NCBI GenBank assembly: GCA_964608675.1
Contig: CAZSOZ010000001.1
Coordinates: 221,272-285,271 of the forward strand
Source: an uncultured archaeon
GTDB lineage: Archaea > Iainarchaeota > Iainarchaeia > Iainarchaeales > 1-14-0-10-31-34
Length of the DNA stretch: 64,000 bases
Direction: 5' to 3'
The notes beneath the pieces are model-generated. The model saw only the letters and a list, made by a program, of their open reading frames with translations, searched no databases and was not told where the DNA came from. The translations under genes were made by a program, and so were the position numbers. Shown piece by piece: positions 48,020 through 58,900 of this stretch; the stretch's first letter is position 1, and each line of letters starts with the position of its first letter.

Positions 48020-48523
48020 TTATGTTCCACAGACTTCTTCAATACAATCACAGTTTCCATCGCATGCCTCAAAATCATTTTCTGTATTGCAGGTTTCGTC
48101 TGTACAATCACAGCCGTATTCTGCGCAATACTGTGATTCACATGAAGGATTGTTCATTTTGTTGGTTAATTCTCCTATTTCGTTGTAAACACAAGGCTCT
48201 ATTGCATCAGGTCCTTCGCAGTTGTCATAAACAACAAAATTATAGATTCCTATTGCAGAGTACACTAAACTTAAAATCATAATTAAAGTAAAAATCCATG
48301 AAATTACTTCAAAGTGTTTGAAAACAATTCCTCCTATTTTAGGATTTCTTTTCATTATTTTTCCAGTTAACTTCATTTTCATTTTCTTGTCAAAAGATGT
48401 TTCACATTTTCTTAAAGTAATTCTTCGGAAAACACAGTCAAATGCTTCTTTTGCATAATCCTTGTATTTAGCTGAAAAAACTCCCAATAATGCAAAAACA
48501 ATTAAGGCAATAAAACAAATCAT
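48020..48523 (-). CDS. Small two-TM membrane protein with a Cys-rich C-terminal domain.
   Basis: TM helices at the N-terminus and mid-protein; the C-terminus is CEGPDAIEPCVYN...CESQYCAEYGCDCTDETCNTENDFEACDGNCDCIEEVCGT. Confidence 0.4.
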   Translation of the reverse strand: MICFIALIVFALLGVFSAKYKDYAKEAFDCVFRRITLRKCETSFDKKMKMKLTGKIMKRNPKIGGIVFKHFEVISWIFTLIMILSLVYSAIGIYNFVVYDNCEGPDAIEPCVYNEIGELTNKMNNPSCESQYCAEYGCDCTDETCNTENDFEACDGNCDCIEEVCGT

Positions 48524-48588
48524 TCAATCACTTTTTAGAAATAAATATTACTGCAGGAATCCTTTTTAATTGAATTTACCTGCTTAGT

Positions 48589-51273
48589 TCATTCAATTAA
48601 TACTGCCGGCTTTAATGGAAAAGCATTTCCTGCTTTTTTCTCTGAACTTTTTTCTGCTTCAATTAATTCAATTTCTGCGTTGAATTTTTCTTTTAATTTT
48701 TTTAGGTTTTCTTTTAAGGCTTTTATTTCATTTATTTCAATTAATTCCTGTGTTTCATTCAGTTTTTTTACTGCAGTCTGAACAAATCCTTTTGCTTCTT
48801 TTGCATGCTGTTTTCCTTCTTTTGTCTGCATTGCTTTTTTCATTCCAAACCCAAATTCAATTCTGTTGTTTTCCTGCTTTAATTTTTCTTCAAACAATTT
48901 TTTCATTAGAATCCATTTCCATTCAGGTGCAGTAAAAATTTTTATTCTGCTTATTTTTTGTTTTCCTGCAAGCTCTTTAATTTGTTCAACATCAGATTCC
49001 AGATTTTCAATGAATTCCTGTTGTTTTTCTATTTGAACGTAAATTTTTTTTTCTTCTGCTTTCGGCCATTCCTGTAAGCTGGCAAAACCTTTTCCTTTAA
49101 GTTTTTCCCATAATTCTTCACTTAAATGAGGTGCAAAAGGATTCAGCATTAAAACAAGTTTTTCAATTCCTTCTCTGAAAACAGGGCTTTCTTTTTTTTC
49201 AAATTTTCCCAGTTCACTGCTTAACTGGCTTAATTCTGAAACAGCTTTGTTTAACTGCAGGCTTTCAGTGTATTCAGTGCATTTTTTTATTGTTCTTTGA
49301 ATTTTTGAAAGCAGTAATTTTTCTTTTGAATCAAGTTTTGTTTTTATTTTTTCTTTTTTTGGGTTTTCTTTGATGATTGAATAAATTCTGTTTAAAAACT
49401 TGAATGAATTTTCTGTTCCTTTTGAATTCCATTCCATTTCGCTTTCCGGATTGCTTGCAGACAAAATAAACACTCTTGCAGTATCTGCTCCAAATCTTTG
49501 AATTATTTCTCCTGGGTCAACTATATTTCCCAGGCTTTTGCTCATTGCTTTTCCGTCTTTTAAAACCATTCCTTGTGTAAGGAGTTTTTCAAAAGGTTCA
49601 TCAATTTTTATTAAACCCAAATCTCTTATTGCTTTAGTGAAAAACCTTGCATACATTAAATGAAGTATTGCGTGTTCTATTCCTCCAATGTACTGGTTTA
49701 CAGGCATCCAGTATTCTGCTTCTTTTTTGTCAAACATTTTGTCTGTTTTAGGAGAGCAGTACCTTAAAAAATACCAGCTTGAATCAAAAAAAGTGTCCAT
49801 AGTGTCTGTTTCTCTTCTGGCTTTTCCTTTGCATTTTGGGCATTCTGTTTCAACAAATTCTTTAACTGAATCCAGAGGATTTCCTTTTCCTGTAAATTCT
49901 GCGTTTTCAGGAAGCTTAATCGGAAGATTTTTTTCTTGAACCAACTGAATCCCGCATTTTTTACAGTAAACAACAGGAATTGGTGTTCCCCAAAACCTCT
50001 GCCTTGAAATCAGCCAGTCCCTCAACTTATAATTTACGGTTTTTTTTCCTATTTTTTTTTCTTCTAAAAAATCACTTATTTTTTCTTTTGCTTTTTCTGA
50101 ATTCATTCCATTAAACTCTTTTGAGTTAACCATTATTCCTTCTTCAGTGAAAGCTTCTTTCATTTCTTCTGCTTTTAGTTTTTTTTCTTTGGGCTGAATT
50201 ACAACTTTAATTGGCAGACCATATTTTTTTGCAAACAAAAAATCTCTTTGGTCGTGCGCTGGAACAGCCATTACTGCTCCTGTACCGTATTCCATTACAG
50301 CGTAATCAGCAACAAAAATTTTGCATTCTTCTCCATTAACAGGATTAATGAAATGTTTTCCGATAAACATTCCTTTTTTTTCCAGTCCTTCTGATGTTCT
50401 TTCAATTATTGTCTGTTTTTTTACTTCCTTTAAGAATTCATTTAATTTTTCTTTGTATTTTGTTCCTTTAACCCATTCTTTTATTTTTTCGTGTTCCGGC
50501 GCAAACACTAAATAAGTTATTCCAAAAATTGTGTCTGGCCGTGTAGTAAAAGTTGAAATTGTTTCTCCTGTTTCTTTTACTTTAAAATAAATTTCAGTTC
50601 CCTTGCTTTTTCCAATCCAGTTTTTTTGCATTACTTTAACTCTTTCAGGCCAATCCTTTAATTTTTTTAAGTCTTCTAATAGTTCATCTGCATAATCAGT
50701 TATTTTCAGAAACCATTGCTCTAATTCTTTTTCTCCTGCAATACTTTTGCATCTCCAGCATTTTCCGTTTTCAACCTGCTCGTTTGCTAAAACTGTTCTG
50801 CATTCTTTGCACCAGTTTACTTTTGATTTTTTTTTGTAAGCCAGACCTTTTTTGTAAAATTCTCTGAACAGCCATTGATTCCATTTATAGTATTCTGGAT
50901 CGGCTGTAGCAAAGCTTCTGTTCCAGTCATAACTGAATCCAAGCATTTTTTGTTGTTCTTTCATTTCTTGAATTCTTTGGTAAGTCCATTTTTTTGGGTT
51001 TACTTTGCTTTTGATTGCCGCGTTTTCTGCAGGCAAACCTAAGGCATCATATCCCATTGGATACAATACATTAAATCCTTTCATTCTTTTGAATCTTGCA
51101 AGCGCGTCTCCGATTGAATAATTCCTTACATGCCCCATATGCAGTTTTCCTGAAGGATAAGGGAACATTTCCAGTACATAATATTTTTTTTTCTTTGAAT
51201 CAGTTTTTACTTCAAAAACTTTTTTTTCTTTCCATTTTTTCTGCCATTTTTCTTCAATTTTTTTATGGTTCAT
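48589..51273 (-). CDS. leuS: Leucyl-tRNA synthetase, bacterial type.
   Basis: [48 protein letters not shown] is near-identical in pattern to E. coli LeuRS; KMSKS (KMSKSLGN) is present; 894 aa with a Lys/Glu-rich C-terminal tail. Confidence 0.9.
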   Translation of the reverse strand: MNHKKIEEKWQKKWKEKKVFEVKTDSKKKKYYVLEMFPYPSGKLHMGHVRNYSIGDALARFKRMKGFNVLYPMGYDALGLPAENAAIKSKVNPKKWTYQRIQEMKEQQKMLGFSYDWNRSFATADPEYYKWNQWLFREFYKKGLAYKKKSKVNWCKECRTVLANEQVENGKCWRCKSIAGEKELEQWFLKITDYADELLEDLKKLKDWPERVKVMQKNWIGKSKGTEIYFKVKETGETISTFTTRPDTIFGITYLVFAPEHEKIKEWVKGTKYKEKLNEFLKEVKKQTIIERTSEGLEKKGMFIGKHFINPVNGEECKIFVADYAVMEYGTGAVMAVPAHDQRDFLFAKKYGLPIKVVIQPKEKKLKAEEMKEAFTEEGIMVNSKEFNGMNSEKAKEKISDFLEEKKIGKKTVNYKLRDWLISRQRFWGTPIPVVYCKKCGIQLVQEKNLPIKLPENAEFTGKGNPLDSVKEFVETECPKCKGKARRETDTMDTFFDSSWYFLRYCSPKTDKMFDKKEAEYWMPVNQYIGGIEHAILHLMYARFFTKAIRDLGLIKIDEPFEKLLTQGMVLKDGKAMSKSLGNIVDPGEIIQRFGADTARVFILSASNPESEMEWNSKGTENSFKFLNRIYSIIKENPKKEKIKTKLDSKEKLLLSKIQRTIKKCTEYTESLQLNKAVSELSQLSSELGKFEKKESPVFREGIEKLVLMLNPFAPHLSEELWEKLKGKGFASLQEWPKAEEKKIYVQIEKQQEFIENLESDVEQIKELAGKQKISRIKIFTAPEWKWILMKKLFEEKLKQENNRIEFGFGMKKAMQTKEGKQHAKEAKGFVQTAVKKLNETQELIEINEIKALKENLKKLKEKFNAEIELIEAEKSSEKKAGNAFPLKPAVLIE

Positions 51274-51382
51274 TTTTTCACTTTTTTTTTAGCCTGTTTA
51301 TTTATTGGTTTAAGAAAAAGTTTTAATAGTCATTTAATTTTCTTGTGCATTTAAAAGCTTTTTTCTGTTTCTTTTTTTTTAG

Positions 51383-51571
51383 GTGATTTTTTTGGTTGAA
51401 CAAAGATTTCCTGAATATAACCCTGAAATTTGCGCTTATTGTGGTGCATGTGTTGCAGTTTGTCCTGCATTGGCTTTGGATTTAAAGGAAAAAAGAATTG
51501 TTTTTTATGAAGACAAATGCATTAAATGTCTTGCTTGTGCTAAAATTTGTCCTGTTGGAGCATTAAAGTAA
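51383..51571 (+). CDS. 2x[4Fe-4S] ferredoxin.
   Basis: CAYCGACVAVCP and CIKCLACAKICP, two CxxCxxCxxxCP motifs; 62 aa. Confidence 0.7.
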   Translation: MIFLVEQRFPEYNPEICAYCGACVAVCPALALDLKEKRIVFYEDKCIKCLACAKICPVGALK

Positions 51572-51585
51572 TTTGGTGAAAAGAA

Positions 51586-52788
51586 ATGGAAAAGGAGTTT
51601 GACGTAATTGTTGTTGGAGGAGGTCCTGCTGGATTGCGGACAGCAGAAAAAACAGCAGAAAAAGGCCTTAAAGTTTTATTGCTTGAAAAAGATCAGGAAA
51701 TAGGAAGCCCTGTAAGATGCGGGGAAGGCCTTGGGTTAGGCTGGTTTAACAGACTGGGAATTGAACCAAAACCTGAATTTGCTGTACAGCCAATGTATGG
51801 AGCAGTCTTGTATTCTCCTTCAGGAAAAGAATTAATTGTAAGGTTTGATAAAATTTCAGGTTATATTATTGAAAGAAGAATTTTTGAAAAATTTCTTGCA
51901 AGACAAGCTTCAAGGAAAGGAGCAAAAATTCTTGCAAAAGCAACTGCCTTAAATGTTTTAAAAGAAGGAAATCAAGTTATTGGAATTAAAGCTTTAATTG
52001 ACGGAAAAGAAGAAGAACTAAAAGCTAAAATTGTTGTTGCTGCTGACGGAGTTGAATCTGTTATTGCAAGAAAAGCAGGTTTAAACACTACAAACAATCT
52101 TTATCATGTGGATTCAGGATACCAGTATGAAATGGCAGGAATTAAAATAAAGCACTCTGATTTAATTGCATTATATTTTTCAAACCAGCACGCTCCAAGA
52201 GGATACGTCTGGATTTTTCCTAAAGGAAAAGATTATGCTAATGTAGGCGTTGGAATTCTTGGTTCTGATACCAAAACAGCAAAAAAATACTTGGATGAAT
52301 GGCTTGAAACACAGCCTGAACTAAAAAATGCAAGCAAAGTAGTTGTTAATGCTGGCTGTATTCCTGTTGGAGGCTTTTTGGATAAAATGACTTCTCATGG
52401 TTTAATTGTTGTAGGAGATGCAGCTCATCAGGTTAATCCAATTCATGGAGGCGGAATGGGTATTGCGATGGAAGCAGCAGATGTTGCTTCAGAAGTAATA
52501 AAAGAAGCTTTTAATTCAAATGATTTTTCTGACAAAAAACTTTCAGAGTATACTTCCAGATGGTATCAAAAAAGAGGAAATAAACTAAAAAACATTTTAA
52601 AGAAAAGAAAAATGCTTGAATCAATTTCTGATGAAGATTTTGAAGTTTTGGTTAATTCTTTAAGTGGGGAAGACGTATTAAAATTGGCGGAAGGCGAATT
52701 AATGGAGTCAGCAAAACTGCTGACAAAAAAACTTGTGAAAAACCCAAAACTTGCAATGCTTATGGTTAAATACCTTAAAGAAAAATAA
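51586..52788 (+). CDS. Geranylgeranyl reductase family flavoprotein (archaeal lipid saturation type).
   Basis: DVIVVGGGPAGLRTAEKTAEKGLKVLLLEKDQEIGSPVRCGEGLG FAD-binding region, about 400 aa, directly downstream of the ferredoxin. Confidence 0.75.
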   Translation: MEKEFDVIVVGGGPAGLRTAEKTAEKGLKVLLLEKDQEIGSPVRCGEGLGLGWFNRLGIEPKPEFAVQPMYGAVLYSPSGKELIVRFDKISGYIIERRIFEKFLARQASRKGAKILAKATALNVLKEGNQVIGIKALIDGKEEELKAKIVVAADGVESVIARKAGLNTTNNLYHVDSGYQYEMAGIKIKHSDLIALYFSNQHAPRGYVWIFPKGKDYANVGVGILGSDTKTAKKYLDEWLETQPELKNASKVVVNAGCIPVGGFLDKMTSHGLIVVGDAAHQVNPIHGGGMGIAMEAADVASEVIKEAFNSNDFSDKKLSEYTSRWYQKRGNKLKNILKKRKMLESISDEDFEVLVNSLSGEDVLKLAEGELMESAKLLTKKLVKNPKLAMLMVKYLKEK

Positions 52789-52789
52789 T

Positions 52790-53332
52790 TCAGCTGTATA
52801 ATTCTGTTATTTCATTTAATTTTATTTGCTGAGTGTTATAAATTTTTATTGCAGTTAATTCTTCTTTATTATTTTTAATTAATTCAACGTTAAATCTTTC
52901 TTTGGTTATTTCTTCATATTGATTAAAATTCTTTAATTCAATTGTTTTTTTCTGTTCTATTAATACTTTGTTTTTTTCTGTAAAAGTTATTTCTGCGTTT
53001 TTATGAAACCATACTCCGTTAACGCTTTCTCCTGTTTTCAGGTTTTTTTCTAATTCAACCAGATAACCAAATTCATATCTATCAATCAATCCTCTTTTGT
53101 TTATTTTAATAAAAATGCTTTCTCCTTTTTTAATAAATCCAAGGTCTTTTTCTGTTAAAATTATTTTTTTTTCTTTTTCTAATTCAATTGCTTTGTTTCT
53201 TAAAGCAACAGGATAATTGAATTCAGTTTCATTTACTGCAATTGATTTGCCGGTAGGTTCTGCAGGCTCTGTAATGCATCCTAAAAAAAATAAAACAAGA
53301 ACAATAACAAAATAATTTGTTTTTTTCATCAA
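52790..53332 (-). CDS. Putative lipoprotein / secreted protein.
   Basis: MMKKTNYFVIVLVLFFLGC is a signal peptide with a Cys at a lipobox-like position. Confidence 0.4.
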   Translation of the reverse strand: MMKKTNYFVIVLVLFFLGCITEPAEPTGKSIAVNETEFNYPVALRNKAIELEKEKKIILTEKDLGFIKKGESIFIKINKRGLIDRYEFGYLVELEKNLKTGESVNGVWFHKNAEITFTEKNKVLIEQKKTIELKNFNQYEEITKERFNVELIKNNKEELTAIKIYNTQQIKLNEITELYS

Positions 53333-53421
53333 TTACTCCTCAAGCAAAATTATGTATTAATCTGTGTTTTTTGTTGTTTTTATATTTATTGTTTTAATTC
53401 TTTTTGGGGTTTGAATAATTT

Positions 53422-54528
53422 ATGCAGTTATTGGATTTAACTTTGAGTTATTTTTTAATGGAAGCAAAACCTTTTTTTGAGGAATCTTTTGTAAATAAAA
53501 TTCAGGAACTGGACAAAGACAAATTCAAATTAAAGCTTAGAACAAAACAAGGCATAAAAAACCTTTTTTTATTTCCTTCTGCGTTGTTTTTTTCTGACTA
53601 CAAAATTAATGCAAGAAAGCAGACTTCAGGTTTTGGGGCCTTTTTAAGAAAAAGAATTGAAGGAAAAAAAATGCTTTCAGTAGAACAGCACAACTCAGAC
53701 AGAATAATAAAAATTGAATTTTATGATTATTTTTTGATTCTTGAATTATTTTTGAACGGAAACATTATTTTAACAGACAAAAACTTTGAAATAATTTCTG
53801 CATTAAAAAAAGAAGAAACAAAAAACAGGAAAATTTCAAAGAAACAAAAGTATGTTTTCCCTGAATCAGGAAAACTTGACCCAAAAAAAATGTTTTTTGA
53901 AGAATTTTTCGAAAAATTAAAAGAACAAGACAAGGATTCTGTTTCAGCGCTTGTTTCGTGTGTTGAAATTTCTCCTGTTATTGCAAAAGAAGTTTTTTTC
54001 AAATTAAATTTAAAGGAAACCAATCCAGACAAAATTACTGCAAAAAAAATTTTTGATGAAATAAAAGAAATTTATTCATTAAAACAAAAATCTGAACCAG
54101 TAATCATTCAGAAAGAAAAACAAAAATTTCTTCTTCCTTTTCCTTTGTTTTCAGAAAAAAATTTCATTAAAGTGAATTCTATTAATTCTGCTTTGGATGA
54201 CTTTTATTCAAAAAAATTTTTTTCTTCAAAACAACCTGAAAAAAAACCAAAAAAACTTATTGCCTTACAGCACAGTTTTGCTGAACAGCATGCATCAGAA
54301 AAAAAACTTTTAAATCAGATTGAATTAAACCGAAAAAAAGCAGAATCAATTTATGCAAACAGTCTTTTAATACAGCAGGCAATTGATTCCATAAAAAAAG
54401 GCTTTTTAAAAGAATTAAAGGAAAAAGAAATAAAACAAAAAATAAATTCCTTTCTAAAGGAAAAAAACAGCAGGTTAACTCTGGTGTCTTTAACTAAAAA
54501 CAAAGCAATAATTGAATTAAAAGAGTAA
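53422..54528 (+). CDS. NFACT-N (FbpA/Rqc2 N-terminal)-like protein; uncertain.
   Basis: The N-terminal pattern FVNKIQELDKDKFKLKLRTKQGIKNLFLFPSALFFSD resembles the NFACT-N consensus (G.RI.KI.Q.....L.L.LR....K..LLIS). Confidence 0.3.
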   Translation: MQLLDLTLSYFLMEAKPFFEESFVNKIQELDKDKFKLKLRTKQGIKNLFLFPSALFFSDYKINARKQTSGFGAFLRKRIEGKKMLSVEQHNSDRIIKIEFYDYFLILELFLNGNIILTDKNFEIISALKKEETKNRKISKKQKYVFPESGKLDPKKMFFEEFFEKLKEQDKDSVSALVSCVEISPVIAKEVFFKLNLKETNPDKITAKKIFDEIKEIYSLKQKSEPVIIQKEKQKFLLPFPLFSEKNFIKVNSINSALDDFYSKKFFSSKQPEKKPKKLIALQHSFAEQHASEKKLLNQIELNRKKAESIYANSLLIQQAIDSIKKGFLKELKEKEIKQKINSFLKEKNSRLTLVSLTKNKAIIELKE

Positions 54529-54535
54529 AGCTGAA

Positions 54536-54802
54536 TTATTCTTCTACTGCGCTTAATTCTCTTTCGTCAACTATAAAAACATCGCTTACTGCTGTGACAG
54601 CAGAATAAGGAATGTTTATTACTCTGTCTTTTGTTCCTACTCTTTTAATTACTTTGCTGTCCCTGTCAACTTCTACTAAAAGGGTTTCAATTTCGCCTGT
54701 TATTTCATTTACTGTTAAGTCTGTTAGTTTTCCTACTTCGTCTCCTCTGTTTGTAATAACTCTTTTGGTAGCAAGCTGTCTTGCAACAGTATATTTATAC
54801 AT
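54536..54802 (-). CDS. PRC-barrel domain protein.
   Basis: 88 aa; the pattern RGDEVGKLTDLTVNEITGEIETLLVEV is typical of archaeal PRC barrels. Confidence 0.55.
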   Translation of the reverse strand: MYKYTVARQLATKRVITNRGDEVGKLTDLTVNEITGEIETLLVEVDRDSKVIKRVGTKDRVINIPYSAVTAVSDVFIVDERELSAVEE

Positions 54803-55033
54803 TCAAAAAACCATCCAATTTTTTTTTCTATAATTTATAAAGTATTTACATATTTATAAATCTTCCGCTGAAATCCTCTATACATAAAATTTTCCTTAAA
54901 AATCTGCATTTAAAGCCGTTTTCAGGCGTTTTTGTTTTTCCGGTTTTTTTACCAAAAAAAATCAAAACAACGTTATGTATACTTGTGTTTTTTTCTTTTT
55001 TTTCTTTTTTTCAGTTAAGTTTTTTAAGTTCTT

Positions 55034-55300
55034 TTGCGTTATTTTTGCATGGCTAAATCTGAATCATCAACTAAATCTAAAGCTTTTCCTGTTAAATTTG
55101 TTTTAATTTTTGTTTTTGGGTTTGTTTTAGGGGTTTTAATTCAGTTCATGTTTATTCAGCCAATGCTTGATAATGCTCCTTCATTTAAATCTTCTCTTGC
55201 TGACTGTGAAACAAGCAAAGAAATCTGTGATAAAGAAGTCAAATCATATTTTGAGTGCTTTCAAAAACATTCAATTAATCCTAATACTGATTGTTCCTGA
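55034..55300 (+). CDS. Small membrane protein.
   Basis: One TM helix (FVLIFVFGFVLGVLIQFMF). Confidence 0.3.
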   Translation: MRYFCMAKSESSTKSKAFPVKFVLIFVFGFVLGVLIQFMFIQPMLDNAPSFKSSLADCETSKEICDKEVKSYFECFQKHSINPNTDCS

Positions 55301-55877
55301 CTTCGATTACTTTTCTTTTTTTTTCTTTGAAAATTTGCGCCTGAAAGCATTTTATTATGCATTCTTTTTGTTTCCAGTCTTTTTTGTTTAATCCTGCTTT
55401 AATGCAGGTCTGTTCTAAAAATTCTTCTGGATTCCATTTCCATTCAACTGCAACTTGAGGCAAAAGAAGACCTGAACGCCCGTTCATTTCAATTATCAAG
55501 CCGTCTTTTCCTATTCTGATTTTTTTGCCGGCCTTTGATTTGCTTTCTTTTATTTCTTTTGGAGAACTTAAAACAGAAATCTCTATTTCAATTTCTTCAA
55601 GTTCTTCTGCTTTCAAGGATTCAAACCTTGGGTCATTGAATCCGGCTGAAACGCCTGCTTCAATTACTGCAGTCCATAAAGGCATGACAGGATAAGGAAA
55701 TCCAACGCATCCTCTTAATTCTCCTTTTTTGTGCAGGGAAACAAACACTCCTTGTTTTTCAGAATATTTTTTTGGAGGAATTTCTTTCATTATTGTTCTT
55801 GTTGCAAGAAAATATTTAATGCTTTTTCTTGCCAGTTCAATCAGTTTTTTTCCTTCTTCTAAAGATAATTCTGCCAT
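55281..55877 (-). CDS. AMMECR1-domain protein.
   Basis: GELRGCVGFPYPVMPLWTAVIEAGVSAGFNDPRF contains the AMMECR1 signature (LRGCIG); 198 aa. Confidence 0.7.
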   Translation of the reverse strand: MAELSLEEGKKLIELARKSIKYFLATRTIMKEIPPKKYSEKQGVFVSLHKKGELRGCVGFPYPVMPLWTAVIEAGVSAGFNDPRFESLKAEELEEIEIEISVLSSPKEIKESKSKAGKKIRIGKDGLIIEMNGRSGLLLPQVAVEWKWNPEEFLEQTCIKAGLNKKDWKQKECIIKCFQAQIFKEKKRKVIEVRNNQY

Positions 55878-55995
55878 TTAATTAAAATTACTGCAAACCT
55901 GTTTTAATTCTTTTTTTTTGGCTGTCCAAAAAGCAGTTAGTTCGTCAATCAACGTTTGAATTCTTTTTTATTTATTTTTAAAGCAAAAATCAAAA

Positions 55996-58900
55996 ATGAA
56001 ATTAAATTTCCTTTTAATTTTAATTCTTTTGTTTTTGTTTTCTGGCTGTTCAGAGGAAAAACTTGAATACAAAAACGCGTGCCTTTCTCTGACTTCTTAT
56101 TCTTTTCAGGAAATTCCTGAATGCAGTTCTCAGGAAGACTGCTTTAAAGAAGTTGAAAAACACTTGTTTGATTTTAAGCAAACTTTTTCTTTTGAATCTT
56201 CTGATAAACTTCATTCTTATAAAAATAATCTTGCTTCTTCTTGGCTTTATTTTAATAAATCCCTTAAGCTGGTAAAGGAACTAAACCGTTTGTGTTATTC
56301 TGATGATTTTTCTTTTCTGCCGGAAAAAACCAATGAACTGGTTTTTTCTTTGGAAAAAGCATTTGAATTTTCAGATAAAGCAAGCCTTGATTCTTTTTCT
56401 TTTCTTTTAACAGAAAAAAATTTTCTGAACAAACAAAACATTGAATTAATTCCTGAAGAGCTTTTGTTTGATGATTTTATTTTATTTAATCACAATCTGA
56501 ATGAATTGTCTACTCCTGAAATATACAAGTCTTCTGGTTCTTATGTTTCAAAATATTTTAATGCTTCAGCAGAATTCAATGATTTTTCCTCTAAATTTGG
56601 TTTTTATTCTCTTTATTTGAATGAATTCACTTCCTCTGACTTAATTAATTTTTATCAAAAAGACGCTCTTGATTCAGTTAAATCAAATAAATTTTATGTT
56701 CCACTGATGAAAAAAACTTTTTCTTCGGTTTCTTCCTTTATTTTCGGCTTAAATGACTTAAAAAGAACTGTTTCTGTTCTTAATTCAATTCCTTCAAACA
56801 AACTGTTTTTTTTGTATGGAAATTTTGTTTCTCCAAAAAATTCTGTTGCATCAGAATTTTCTCTGCTCGTTAAAAAAGTTTCAGAGCACAAGTTGTCTTT
56901 AAATGAATCAAATAATTCTTTGGTTTTGGAAATTGAATCTGATTTTAATGAAATTTCTTTTAAGCTTGACGAGCTCTCTGTTTCTTCTGTAAGCAGATTT
57001 GATTCAAATATAACTTCTTTTCTTTTTGAGGAACTGAATGCTTCTTTTATTTCAGAAAACAAAAACGAAATTTTTTCTGCTGAAACTTTTGTTTTTGAAT
57101 CAAGAAAAAAGCTTTCACTGCTTAAATCAAAGTTCAATGAATTAAAAAGAAAGGATTCTTTTAATGAAATTTCTTTGGGAAAAAAATCTTCCCTGCTTAA
57201 GCAAATTAAAGCTGAAACTCTTTCCCTGAAAGAAGACATTGGTTTTTTTGCAGGAGCCTTTATTGATGAATTAATTGTTTTATGCAGTACAAAAACAGAA
57301 TTAATTTCTTCAGAATTAAACCAAAAAGATTTTTCTTCTTTTTCTTGGGAAATAACTTCTCTTGCCTCCAGAACTGCAGTAAAAATTGATTTATTTGAAG
57401 ATGCTTCAAAAGAACAAAAAATTATTTACTGTAAGGACACCATTCTCCTCAAAAAACAGCTTGATTCTGCTTTAGAAAACCAGGAAAAATTTCTTTTAAG
57501 TTCTTCTGAGTCCCTGAACGAATGCATTTCTTCCCTTGAAAAAATTTTTTATTCAAAAAATCTTTCAGTTTTTGTTGATTCTTTTTATTCCCTTAAATCC
57601 ATGCAAAAAAACAGGCTTCCTTTTTCTTATCTTTTGGATTCCTGTTCAGACCTCAAAAAAAGAATAACTGTTTACCTTTATTCTTATGATGAAGAAATAA
57701 TTCAGGCAAACGATTTTTACATCAAATCAGAAAAAATTTTATCAAATCTTTCCTTTTTATCAAAAATTTATCCCGAATTCTTTAATTCAGTCAAAACAAC
57801 CAATTTTATTTCTGATTTTGATGAAATTTCACTTGATTTTTCTTTAAAAAAACTTAAACCTGAATTTTTTCCTTTTTCTTCTGAAAAACTTTCTTTAATC
57901 AAAAAATTTAATCAAAAAATAAATTCTTTTTTTTCTTCTTCTTTTGGACAATTCCTTTCATTTAATTATTCAATAAAATCTTTTCCTTTAGAGCAGGCGG
58001 TTCTAGGAAAAACTTTTTTGGTTAAACAAAAAATCTTTTTTCCCAATCCTTTGAATGAACCAATTAACCTTGAATTCTCTTTTCTTTCTCCTTTTCTTTC
58101 TTCTGAAAATAAATTAATTCATTCATGCATTAAAGAGATAACTAAAAGCAAGTCTAATTCAAGAATTTTAGTTTCTTGTTTTCCTGAGGAAGGGCTTTTG
58201 TTTGAATCAGACAAAAATTTACTGCTTTCTTTTTTTGATTCTTTTCCTGAATTAATTGAAGCAAACCAGAATTCTGTTTTGTTTTCTAAATCCCTGAAAA
58301 TTGATTCTTTTTCACAAATTTCTTCTTTGAAGGCAGTTGTTCCTTTGGAATTTAATTCTGATAATGCTTTTGCTGTATTTAATTCACAGAAAATTCCTGT
58401 TGAAATAAAAGAAAAAAACGCGGTTTTTTATTTGGAGGAACTTAATTCAGAGCCTTTGATTGAATTATTTTTTTCTGTTTCCAAACCTGTTTCTTTTGAA
58501 TTTTCCGAGAAATCAAGAAAAAAACTTGATGAAAACACTTTTTTGGTTTTTTTTGATTTACAGTTAAAAAACAATCTGGCTTTTGATTTTGATTCAATTA
58601 AAATTTTTCTTCCTTTAAATGACTCTGATTCAATTCTTGAAGCAAAATTAACAGATTTTTCTTCTGAAATAAAAGTTTATTCTTTGGGAAAAAAATTTTT
58701 TTTTAAAACCTCTTTAAATAAACTTGAGTCAAAAAAATTTTTTCTTGAAATAAAAATAAAAGACTTTGATGAATACAAAAAATCATTGAAGAATTCTCTT
58801 TTATCTGAAATTTCATTGATTGAAGACCCTGTTTTCAGAAAAAATTTTCAGACAAAAATTAATTCTGCTGATTCCTTTGAAGAATTAATTGAATTAAATG

